A stretch of DNA of 57,549 nt, filler included, from Rhizaria sp. SCN 62-66 (lineage: Eukaryota), in assembly GCA_001724265.1 (NCBI GenBank). It is 2 parts of 2 records of this genome, joined end to end, with 100 filler letters (N's around TTAATTAATTAA, not from the genome) between each part and the next. Parts side by side here need not be neighbours in the genome. Positions count along the whole stretch, not along the records: positions 1 to 29,364 come from MEDY01000390.1; positions 29,465 to 57,549 come from MEDY01000391.1. One strand, 5' to 3'. Made by a program: the position numbers and the translations under genes. The first letter of the stretch is position 1, and every line of letters begins with the position of its first letter. The notes below the pieces were generated by a model, which had not been told where the DNA came from, did not search any database, and saw nothing but the letters and a program-made list of their open reading frames with translations. Of the stretch, positions 25,177 through 36,489 are shown piece by piece.

Positions 25177-28100
25177 GCATCCTCATCTTCGTCGTCGTCA
25201 TCATCGTTGTTGCTGTCATCAATGTTAACGTCGTCGTCGTCATCTTCAGAGACGTCCTCACCGAGCCCCTTAGCCGCCTCCGCAGCCTTCTTCGCAGCTG
25301 CCTTGGCCGCAGCAGCCGCCTTGACAGCCGCCTCCTTCTCCTTGCCCGTGGCCGCGCCGCCCGCGGCCGCCTTCTCCGCCTGCTTCGCCACAGCCTCGAG
25401 CCGCTTCTGCTCCTCGCGCTGCACGCGGAACGCCTCCTGGCGCCGGGTCCGTTCCTCCGTGGCCGCCACTGCGGCGGCGAGCGACTCGGCCGTTACCTTC
25501 TTGCGCATCAGCTTGAAGTAGTAGCGCTTGTTCTTGGCGCCGGCGCCGAAGAAGCGGTGGAAGTAGCTGTTGCCGTACTGCGGCGGCGTCGCCGACGTGA
25601 AGACGTCTCCGGACGGCAGCCCCGTCTCGAAGAGGTGCTGTGATGACGTCAGCACTTCGCGGGCCACGTCGTGTGCGTAGCCCGCGTCGTCGGTCATGAA
25701 CGACAGGTGGCCCTGGCCGAAGTCGCCCTGCACATCCTCGTGGCTCGTGTCCTGGGACTCCTCCCCGTTCGCACCCGCGCTAGAGCTGGAGCCGGCGCGC
25801 GGCAGGAGACGGAGCTTAGCCTTGACGAGCAGCGCGTTGCAGGCGGCGAGGAAAGCTGGCGTGATGAGACGCGACGTGGCGCCGGCCCACGCGGGCGGGT
25901 CGGGAAAGTTGACGTAGATCTGCTGCACCGACGCGTCGGGGAAGCAGTGGGACAGAGCCGACGTGGCCTCGCCCCAAATGACGACGATGTTGTTCAGGTG
26001 CATGATTTGCGCGCGCTGCCAGATCTGGAACACGCGCTCGTAGCGCATCTCCACCGCGACCCAGTTGACGTGCGGCGCCTTGCGCGCGCGCTCGCACACC
26101 CACTCGCCGTTGCCTGCGCACACCTCGATGCGCAGCGGGTTAGTGTTCTTGAACAGTGCTTCCCAGTCCACTGGCAGCCGGCCGTTGCGCGCCTGCTTGC
26201 GCGCCGTCTCTTCGGGCGCGTCCGTGGCTGGGGACAGCGCCTCGTGCGCGATCACGCGGTGAGCAAGCGTCAGGTGGCCCTTGAGCATGCCGTGTGCGCG
26301 GTAGGGGCTTGCGGCGGTGCGGTCGTCGCGCAGAAGCTTTGCCACGGCCAGCCCGGAGCCCTGCGCCGCGGCCGCGAGGTACTTCTCGAGCCGCGTGCAC
26401 TCGTGGTCGATGTCTTGCTCCTTCATCTTGGCGAACTGAGAGACGGTGAACGCACTGTCGCGGGAGAAGGCCTAATGACGGGGAACAAAAAGATCGTTCA
26501 ATGATTAGGGTTATTATACGCGTTTAGTTGAATAAAGCAGAGTTATTGGAATACAATGTGTAAGTATTGAAACATATATAATGAGATTATTTCATAAAAT
26601 GACAATATAAACGAGATATCTTGCTTTTAGTTATAAGATGAATTTTGCACGTACCTGACGCTTGTCGAGCATCTTGGCGTGCGCCTTGCGCGCGCGCACC
26701 GCGTCCCAGTCGACGATGCCCGCGGCGCGCTGCTTCTCCTTCTCCGCCGCGCGCGCGGCCTCGTCCTGCTGCGTCACCTCGCGGGACTCGCCGAGCGCGG
26801 CACGGACCTTGATAAGCAGCTTGCGGCCCGTCTTGAGGTCGTTAAGCACGAGGCACGCGCCCGCGACGGCCAGCGCGGCGCCCGCAAAGGCCGCCGAGGC
26901 CTGCTCATAGGACCAGCTCTCGTCGCTGCGCGCGCTGGGGTCAGACCCGTCGTCTGCGGGCGCACCGTCCTCGCTGGACTGGCCGCGACCGTGGCCGTGG
27001 CCGTTACCGCCGGAGCGATTGCCGCCGCGGCCGCCGCCACGGCCACCACGGCCGCCGCGACCACCGCCGCGACTGCCGCTGCCGCCACGGCCGCCGCCGA
27101 AGCGCGGGGCAAACGCGGCGCCGCCAAACCGCTGCTGGCCCTGCGCGGAGGCGGCGGCGGCGGCGGAGGCGGCGGCGGCGGCAGCGAGCGCGGCGGCGGG
27201 GCGGGCGCGGCAGGACTGCGCGAACTCTTCGAGCCAGGCGAGGAGCTCGAGCGCGGCGGGCACGTCGAGCTGCAGCACGCGCACGCGCAGCATGTAGTCG
27301 CGCGTGGTGGCGTTGGGCCGCAGCTTGCGGAGCGGGTCCACGGCGGCGAACATGCCGCCAGTGCCGGATGTGTGGTTGAGCCGCTGCCAGAGCGCGGTCG
27401 CGACGTCGAGATCGCCGTTGCGCATGCAGCCGCGCAGGATAGTGTTGACGGTGCGCAGATTGGGGTCCAGCTCGAGCTCCTTCATCTCCTTGAGCAGCGC
27501 GTAGCCCTCGGCCGTACGGCCAGCGTTGCACAGGCCCTTGATGAGCACAGTGAAGGTGACCTCGTCCGGGGAGAGGTACTCGTTGAACGGCGCCGACTTG
27601 AGCCGGGCGAAGTCGGCCAGCGCGCGGTCAATCTCACCGGCGCGGACCGAAGCGTTGATGGCGTTGTTGAAGGTGTAAGAGTTGGGCTTGATGGTGGTCG
27701 AGGCGAGGACATCGGAGAACGCCTGCATCGAGTAACCGTAGAAGCCGCGCGTGTTGCCGAGCTGCACAATCAGGCGGTTGTAGTGCTTAATGTCGTTGAT
27801 GCGGGCAGCCTTGCGGAGGGCCGAACGCGCCTGAGCCTTGGTCTTGGCCTCCGCAGTGCGGTGCTTCGTCGACAGGAGGTCGAAGTTGTTGCCCTTGTCG
27901 AAGAGGCTCTCATCCTCCTCTTCGTCGGAGTCGTCAGAATCGTCGTCGTCGTCGTTGCTGCGGCGGTGACGCTTGTTGTCTTTGCCGTCCTTGCCCTTGG
28001 CGTCCTTGCTGCTGCCGTTCGCAGGAGCCGCAGCAGCAGTCTTGCCGTCAGTTGTCACTGGAGAGCTCGCCGCCGCCGCGGTGACCGAGGCGGGGGCACT

Positions 28101-28445
28101 GAAGCGGTTGGTGACCGCCTTGGCGCCCGCGAGAACGGCCTTGAGCGACAGGCGCGGCGCCTTGGCGCCGGCCGCGCCACCGCGGCCGCCGCGAGAGCCG
28201 CCGAAGCTGCCGCGAGAGCCGCCGAAGCCGCCGCGACCACTGTTGTTGTAACCATCGGATCGCTGGTTGTTGTAGCTGCCATCGCCGTTGTCGCCGTTGT
28301 CGTTGTAACTGCGCTTCATGCCGTGGCCGCCGCCGTAGCCACCGCGGGAGCTGCCACCGCGACCACCGCCGCCGCTGTAGCCACCGCGGCTGTAGCCGCC
28401 GCCGCCTCCATTGTTGTAGCCGCCGCGTCCGCCGTAAGAGGACAT
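24771..28445 (-). CDS. RGG-rich / pentatricopeptide repeat / TrmB-type tRNA m7G methyltransferase fusion (PPR-TGM type), about 1160 aa, 2 exons
   Basis: Exons 28445-26655 and 26471-24771 join in phase 0. PPR repeats PNSYTFNNAINA, PDEVTFTVLIKGLCNAG, PNLRTVNTILRGC. TrmB motifs IEVCAGNG, NWVAVE, VNFPDP, FMTDD. Acidic tail with basic clusters. Confidence 0.9.
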
Positions 28446-29213
28446 AGAGCTTGGGGCTGCGCGAGTGAGTTCGAAGGGAGTGAAATAGGAGGGATGAGCG
28501 ACGATTGAATGGATATAATAAAAGAGATAGATATTATACCACATTTTGATTCAAAATGATACTGAATCAATGCTATACATGAACGACCGATTGAAACTTT
28601 CACATTGTCCGAGCAGTCTTGACTCCTGTTCTAGAGGTCCGTACAGCGAGAATAAAGAAACTGTATGGACTGGATGGTGGTGCAACTTCATCACCATGAG
28701 TGTATCGACGTATGTAAATGATAGAGCGCAAATATCATGTGCATATAAGATTAAATAGCCCGTTGATATCAATATATCATAGTTTTAATCGACCTGGCAT
28801 GCCAACCTCGACGCATGTAATGTTCATGAAATGACTCTTTCGCATAACCCGACTGCGCCCGATGACTGCGACTGCGCGTTTACAATAACCATAGTAACAG
28901 CGCAGTCGCCTACATCGTAGCAAGCGCGTCCAGTGACGTATGAGTATCCAGTGCAGTTGAGAGGAGGAGAACACAAAGATATAGAGAGCTAGGTGCAACG
29001 ACGAGAAAGATTTTGAGAGCTGTTTACTACAGGAGTATCGTGTGTATTCATCAATCCACCAACATCTAAAAAGCATACCCCGCAGCGGGGTTCCGCGCGC
29101 GTCTTATGTGCCGCGCGCAAGAATGCTGCCGAGGGAACTACGTTATAAACACAGCGCAGCACTGATCAGTGCGTCGCTGTGATGAAACAAAGCCTTGGTC
29201 CCGGTTAGGGTGC

Positions 29214-29364
29214 TTAGAAGAGGGAGAAGCCAGCCTTCTTGCCCTTGCCGTCGTCGGAGCCGGAAGAGGAGGAGGAGCCAGAGGCGGAGCCGCTGCCAGA
29301 GCCGGAGCCGGAGCCAGAGCCGGAGCCAGAGCCGGAGCCGGAGGCAGACTTGGAGGCGCCAGCA
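29214..29364 (-). CDS. C-terminal fragment of an unknown Ser/Gly-repeat protein, cut by the assembly gap
   Basis: Minus strand reads AGASKSA(SG)n..SSSSSGSDDGKGKKAGFSLF* with strongly biased codons (TCC/TCT/GGC/AAG) like the ribosomal protein gene. TAA at 29216-29214. Confidence 0.65.
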
Positions 29365-29464
29365 NNNNNNNNNNNNNNNNNNNNNNNNNNNNNNNNNNNN
29401 NNNNNNNNTTAATTAATTAANNNNNNNNNNNNNNNNNNNNNNNNNNNNNNNNNNNNNNNNNNNN
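29365..29464. other. Artificial contig-joining linker / assembly gap
   Basis: 44 N + TTAATTAATTAA (stops in all six frames) + 44 N, exactly 100 nt. True adjacency of the flanks is not established. Confidence 0.95.
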
Positions 29465-29500
29465 CCCCCTCCAAAACTTCACCTGCCTTCGTTAATCACC

Positions 29501-32231
29501 ATGAGCTTCCGGACAAATGCATCCGCGCGCATCTTTTTTCCCAAGGCCCGAGGCACTCGCAAGAGCTATTACAAGCCCAAATCTGCGACTTCTCGCGCGA
29601 CATCCCCACGTGTGCCTTCGTCGGGCTCTGATTCGGTCTCAGACCCAGACTCCCACTCCCACTCTGACTCCGATTCCGATTACGACAAAGACAAAGACAA
29701 CATGCGCGACGCAGACGCTAAGTCTCGGAAGACGCGCCGCCGCAAGCTGGCCTCATCCAGCGGCCGCGCGGAAGCCCCTGTCGCTCAGCTGCACTTGCCT
29801 TCTCTGACTCAAGTCTCTCAACTACACGTAGCCTTTCTGACTCATGTCGCGATCACAAGCGCTGGCGGGCCTATCAAGACGAAGAACAAAAACGCGGAAT
29901 CAAGTAACGCAACTACGGCCACGGCCACAGCGGCTCTGCCTCAAGCAGCAGCCTATGTTGAGAACGCTTCTGGTAGCGCTGAGAGTAGTAGCAACAGCAG
30001 CAGTAACAACAGCAACCACAGCAGCTACGGCAGCAGCAGCAGCAGCAGCAACAGCAGCGCGTGCGCTAGCGCTGGTGCCTATGACCAACTGTGGACGCAG
30101 ACGTCTGCGTGGCAGCCGCAGCAAGCGAGTGCAAGCGCGGCCAAGTCCGTCGAGTCTGGCGAGTCCGTCGAGTCTGAGCCGGCGCCAGAGACCGAGCAGC
30201 AGCGGCTGCGGCGGGAGCTCCTCGAAGCCGAGGATAAAGAGGGCTACTTGAGTCTCGGGGTGGACGTGAAGAAGGCTGCGGTTAATATCGAGGCCACGGT
30301 CGAGCTTGCCAGAGAGCGCCTGTACAACGTGGCTCTTGCTGAGTGCGAGGCGAGTGAGAAAAAACGTGACGCCGAACTTGCGTATGCGCGGTGTCAGACT
30401 GAGCTCAAGGCTGCCAAGCACTCGAAACACGCGGCGCATGCGCGTAAGGCAGCGGCGTTAAAGCAAATTGCGGAAGAGCGCAGTGCTGCAAACAGTGAGC
30501 TTGTGGCGGCTCGGAACGCTCTTTTAAAGGCTGAAGCTGATCTGAAGAGCGTGGAGGCTAAGCTGGAGGCGGCTTTGCCCGATCTTCGTCGTATGTCACG
30601 AGTTTTCACAAAATACCGAAGTAATTGTCATGCATTGGCAATGTGTTCCCATTTCCCATTTTCTCGCTATTTACTGTTCTGTATTGATATCATAGATTAA
30701 TTTGATGCTTGCGCTGTTATTTTCTCATCATCTGACTCATTGTCTTCTGACATGCCTCTCTCACACACTTGACTGGTTCATAGGAGCACGGGCCCCCCTC
30801 GTTGCAGAGGAGATCGAAATGCTCACAACCATGCTTAAGACGGCTACTAATCAGCACTCAAGCGCAAGCTACGCTGCCATGGTTGCCCGCGCGCGCTTGA
30901 ACAAAGCAAAGTGGCAATTTGATCCTGACGATGATATGACAGCGGCAGTGCGACGCGAATGGCAGAAGGCCGAGTCTTCGCGGTCTGATGCGAAGGCGTA
31001 CGTGGCCTCCCTTAGGTCTCAGCTCAACCACGCACTGGACATGGAGGGCGCTCGGTCCTTCTCCGACATCTTTCTCGCGGGCCATAAGACGATGGCGTTC
31101 GACTCAACGTCGAAGTACTTCCACATTCTCGACGCACCCAAAGGTGCGTTCTTCCCCTTTGGCGGCGGCGAGAGTCCCAACGACGCGCCGGTGCAGCGCT
31201 TGCTTCTGCGCAAGTCACACAACGGTCTGTATAGTCTGCTCCTGGCTCAGCTGCGCGCGCGCAAAGCAGGCCAGGCAGGGGCGGGGCGAACGTTTCTCGT
31301 GCGCGGCCCGCCCGGTACTGGCAAGTCTGCGATGCTCAACTTGGTGTGGTACATTGCGCGGTTTAAGCTCGGCATGAATGTCATATGTCACTACCCCAAC
31401 AACGACGTGCACCTTTACTGCGCCAACGATGATGCGTACAACCCTGTGGAAAAGCTCCGAGGCCAGGACGAGGCAAAGTGCTGGATGCTAAAGGAAGACA
31501 CCGTATACCTTTTCGACTCTGGCAAGAACGGCAACGCGCCGATCTACACTGCGACGGGCAAAGCAATAAGCGTGCTTACAACCGCGCCGTACGTGGGGCA
31601 CTATCGTGTGGTGTGTCAAACGGCGGTCGGTGGCATCGCTTGCGACAAGAGAGTGCATCCACTGTGGTCCTTTGCCTGGGAGACTGCGGAGATCACAGAG
31701 GCGTTCACACTCTTGCGCAAGGTGTACTCACCCCTAGTTGGCGAGGTTGTCGCGCGTGTCAAAGGCGACTTTAGATTCGCCCTTGAAACCGCAGACGGAC
31801 ATCACAGCACAGAGACTGTGCGTGAAGGCTTGAAGAATGCCGTTGACACGATTGGGGCGAAGGCACTTGACGAGCTGAGCCATTGCAGCGACGCTGCAGG
31901 GTTGATTGATGCCCTGTATGTCGATAACAGCATCAGCACCAAGGCGTTCAAGAATGTGCACTGGCTCTTGACAATCGTGCCAACGCCAAGCAGCGAGGCT
32001 CCGATCGTGTGGTCGCCTCAGGCGTGGCTCGACGACAACTCACGCGGCGGCGAGCTGCACACTGATGTTTGCAAGACACACGGATCAGCGTATGGGTGCC
32101 GCCACTTAAAGTGTAGCCTCGCCTGGGTGAACCCGGATGCTCCGCGGCTGCTTCGGAGCAAGTTCAGAACACCTGGAACTTCTTATAAGGTGAGCGCTAT
32201 GATTGATTTGATATCAGGTGATGCTCAATGA
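29501..32231 (+). CDS. Coiled-coil plus P-loop NTPase protein, Crinkler/RHS (CR)-NTPase-like, about 845 aa, 2 exons
   Basis: Exons 29501-30590 and 30784-32231 join in frame (GTATGT..TAG intron). Walker A FLVRGPPGTGKS, Walker B-like VYLFD, then VLTTAPYVGHY and WSFAWETAEI, which parallel the SSP..Y and MPxWSxxEL motifs recalled for CR-NTPases. The start may be incomplete because it lies near the contig edge. Confidence 0.65.
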
Positions 32232-32743
32232 AGCCAGATACAATTGATTGATGAATAAGACATGACGTTTGCTAAAACACAACGAAAACAATACTGATTC
32301 TGTAGTAGTTCTCTCACTTGCATTTGACCATATCATAATCTCAAACACGATCAAAGGAAAACTCGCAGTTGTACGCGCTGTTGCGTTAAACTTGACGATA
32401 GCATGTGGTTGTGGGAGCTGTGGTTGCAATCGAACGATAAGATATGTGAAATGTGTATGGATAGACGTTGTGCTCAGAAACTATGTAATAGCACTGCATT
32501 TGCGCAGACTAGAGTCACTAACTAACAAGCACCACTGTGTTGTGATGCTGTAAGTTTGAGTAAGACGGACAAAATGTGAATAGGTAACAGTTTAGGATTG
32601 CTAAAACAAATAAATTGATCACTTATAAGAAGAGCTAAAAAATGCAAGAGAATAAATCATAAATCAAAAAGAAAGTCTCGTAAGTCACAAGGTACAAGGT
32701 GGTTGCGAGCGACTGAGGGACTAAATGTAGTGTCAGTACCATA

Positions 32744-35700
32744 TCACTGCATATGTTTCGCAAAATTGGAACCAGCAGACTCAGTACCCGCATTATCACT
32801 CGCAACAGCAGCAGCATCAGCAGTTCCAGTCTTGGCACTTACATTGGCACTCGAATTAACAGGACTCGGAGTGGCAATGTTGCCGTTAGAAGCGCTAATG
32901 CCAGGAGTCGCAGTATGAGGACTGACGCTCGCAATAGAAGTAGCAGCGCCAGAAGCAGCGCCACTTGCAGTAGCAACAGCAGCAGGAGCAGCAGCAGCAG
33001 CAGCAGCAGGAGAGTTACTAATTGCACTCGAATTCGCCGCGATGGCTGGCGCAACAGCAGGCATAGCAGCTGCTGTCACCGCGACAGTTGCCTTCTGCTG
33101 TTGCTGTTGCTGCTGTTGTAACGCAAGTAGACGCTGATGCTGCTCCTGCTGCTGCCGCAGCTGCTGCTGTTGTTGCTGGAACAAGAGCTGCTGCTGCTGA
33201 TGCTGCTGTTGCAATTGCTGCTGTTGATGCTGTTGTTGCTGCGAGTAATAGTATTGTTGTTGTTGTTGTTGTTGCTGCTGCTGCTGTTGCTGCGTCTGTT
33301 GCTGTTGTGCGCTAGGGTTCAACAGAGGGGTATTGCTGTTGAAACTCCCAGTAACGCCCATATTGCCGTTGAACTGGCCGCCGTAGCTATAGTTATTCCC
33401 GCCGTAAAAGTTATTGTTTGTCGCAGCAGCGGATGCGGCAGCAGCAGCGGCGGCAGCAGCGGCGGCCGAGGCGGCGGCGGCAGAGGTCGCAAACAGACTG
33501 AACCTGTTCAGGCTCGTCGTGCTATCGCTCTCGAGCTCTCCTTCGCGGATGTAATCAAATCCTGGGTAATGGAGCTCGCTGCCGCGCGGCATCTCATAGT
33601 GGAACAAGTCGTACTGAGAAGAGGCGTTTCGACTGGCCACGACGGCGGTGTTGGCGCCGGCATTACCGCCGCCGCCGCCAGCGGAAGTGAGAGCGTTCGA
33701 GTTCGCGCTATGCCCACTGTTGGCCGCATTGCCACCGCTGCCGCCGCTGTTGTTGATGGCGTTGTTGGCAGCGGCCTTGTTGGCGGCGGCGACCAGCGCC
33801 GCGGCCGCCGCCTCCGGCCGCGTCTGCTGTAACCAGGCGTGCTTCTTCGCGGCTTCCTCGACGGCGACCGCCTCGGCCCAGTCCTGGGGGTCAAACGCTG
33901 GCGGCGTGGCCGTGAACTGCGCGTCGAAGTGGCTCGCATCCTCGTCAGACTGCAGCGGGGGCTCGAACGGCGGCCGCAGAGACCGGTTATGCACAGCGTC
34001 CCAGTCCACGAAGGCGAAAAACGCGTGTGAGCGCAGCGCTTCGGCTGTGCGGAGACGCTTGCGGACGTTGCGCTCCAGCAGCCCGCGGAGCAGGGATTGG
34101 GCGGCCGGGGTCAGGTAGGGCGGGATGCGGAGCACGTCGTGCATCGTCTGAAATGACAAAACACAGAATTTAAAGGATATATCGCGGTGTGAGAGAAAAT
34201 TAACAAAGGATATAGCAACAAAGGAAAATTAAGCACCAGATTGTAAAATTTCGATTCCAATGGATATATGTCGTCAAAAGTTATGTTTTAGATACTGACC
34301 TTGTGGTAGAGCCGCTCTGGGTTCTGGTGGTAAAACGGCGGCTGCCCCGTCAACAGCTCATAGAGCACGACGCCCAGCGAGTAGAAGTCGGCCGCCTTGC
34401 CGTGGCCGGCACGTGTGACGACCTCTGGCGCCAAGTACTCAGGGGTGCCGACGAAGGAACGCGCGGTGTAGTTGTCGGGTACGTTCTCTTTGGACAGACC
34501 GAAATCGGTGAGAACGACGTTGCCGGCGGCGTCGAAGAGGATGTTCTCTGTGGGGAGGCAGCAAAACAGGCGCACAAAGCAAGCAAGAGAGGGATTAAGA
34601 GTGAGTAAGTTGTGTTGTGTCAGCTTCGTAACAATCACACAGAGATAACGAAAAAAGAACATGCTTCAAAAACCGTGATATTATGAAGTGAAATGAAATG
34701 CTATGTTTTGGTCGCATATATAGGATATATAAACACGTACCAGGCTTGAGATCGCGGTACACAACGTTACGGTCGTGCAAATACTCCACCGCTGCGATGA
34801 TTTGACAAGCGTAAAAACGCATCTTATGCTCCTGGAAGGGACCCGACTTCGTCAAGTGGTAGTACAGCTCGCCGCCGGGGCAGTAGTCGATCAGCAAGTA
34901 CAGGTTGCGGCTCGTTTGGAACGCATACCGCAGCTTAACCACAAACGGCGAGTCTAACCGTTCGAGCAATGTGCGCTCGGTCTTCGAGTGCTCGATTTGA
35001 CCGCGGCTGCGGATGTCCGACTTGCGCAGCACTTTCATCGCGTAAACTTTGCCCGTTGCTCGGCGGCGCACCAGCAGCACCTGCAAGCAAGTAGGCGCAC
35101 AAATGAGAAGAGTTAAAAGAAAAGTTTAGAGAATAGTATTTTCAAAATAAGATGATGTGACTAGGAAACGTATGAATAGTGTAAATATGAAATAAAAAAT
35201 ACTCACATATGAAATATTTGCGCAATAAATGTTAATATACGCGAGATAGACCGCGTTTTGTTAAGACAAGAGAGACGTACCTGACCGAAGCTGCCTTGTC
35301 CGAGCAGCTTCAAGGGGATAAACGCCGTCAGCAGCGGCGGCAACGGCCCCGGCGGGCGTGGCACCAGCGTTGGCAGCAGCGGCAGCGCGGCGGCCGCAGC
35401 GGCGGCGGCCGCGGCGGCGGCGGCGGCGGCGATGGCGGTGTTGATGACGGTCGTTGAGGTGGAGGAGAGGAAGCTGCTGGCGTCGGTCAAGGTGGGGAAA
35501 CGGGGCTGAGGCTGGAACAGAGTCACCTGCTGCTGCAACTGCTGCTGTTGCTGCTGCTGTTGTTGTTGTTGTTGTTGTTGTTGTTGATGTTGATGTTGCA
35601 GCAGCTGTTGTTGCTGCTGGAGCTGGAGCTGCGTAAACGCAGCGGCGTCATTGCTGCCGGCAAACATCTGGGCGTTGGCATTGCCACCAAAATTGGCACT

Positions 35701-36457
35701 CATCACAGTATTGCTCATCATGTTCGCGTTGTTGTTGTACGGCACCATTGCGCCTGACTGCTGCTGAAGTGGGATGAAAGGATTACTGCTGAACTGAGTC
35801 GTATTGTTGTTATTGTTGTTGTTGTTGTTGTTGTTGTTAGCGCTGGTATTGCTCGCAGAACTGTTGATGTACGGGTTAACCACGGTGAATGGACTTGCGA
35901 CTGTTCCTGCTGCTTGAGCGGTCGTGGCCACTAGAGCATTGCTCGAGCTAGGATAAACACCAACAGAGCTTGCGCTCAAGGTGTTACCGTTATTCGCAGC
36001 AGCAGCGGCAGCAGCAGCGGCGGCAAATGCATTGTTGCTGTTATTGTTATTGATAATAACAGCATTGTTTGCATTGGTAACAAACGGCATCGACTGATGT
36101 TGCTGCTGTTGCTGGAAGTGACTGTGAGCACCGGCACCAGCAGCGCCGCCAGTGTAAATACCCCCGGGCATGTAAGTACCCTGCGCGAAGTGGCCGTGAG
36201 CGCCAGGGGCACCGCCGATAACCACCGCATTGTTCGCATTACTCAGCAAATACGGGTTGGCAGTCGCAACATGACTCACCGTAACCGCGGCATTGTTGTT
36301 GTTACTAGCCAGATTATTGTTATTAGTGTGATTATTCTTAATATTGTTGTTGTTGTTATAGGAGGACATGCTGCTATTGCTCGTGCTGCTGCCAACGCCG
36401 ACAACGCTGTTTGCGTTGTTAGCAGCAGTGGCAGTGGGGTTGCTGCTGGCGCTAGCA

Positions 36458-36489
<32 letters not shown>

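Noticed and set aside
1043-28508. Long antisense or alternative-frame ORFs (e.g. 2169-3752, 13954-15384, 15799-17481, 26679-28508)
   Set aside because: These are shadow ORFs caused by high GC and strong third-position bias in real genes; they have no recognisable domains.
26505-29210. Isolated TTAGGG hexamers as telomeric repeats
   Set aside because: Single copies only; expected by chance.
29214-29364. Ribosomal P-stalk protein C-terminus (GFSLF)
   Set aside because: It lacks the acidic EESDDDM run directly before the motif and the terminal Asp; the preceding residues are basic.
29365-29464. Palindromic TTAATTAATTAA as a biological element such as a transposon target site
   Set aside because: It is symmetrically embedded in N runs totalling 100 nt and gives six-frame stops, so it is an assembly linker.
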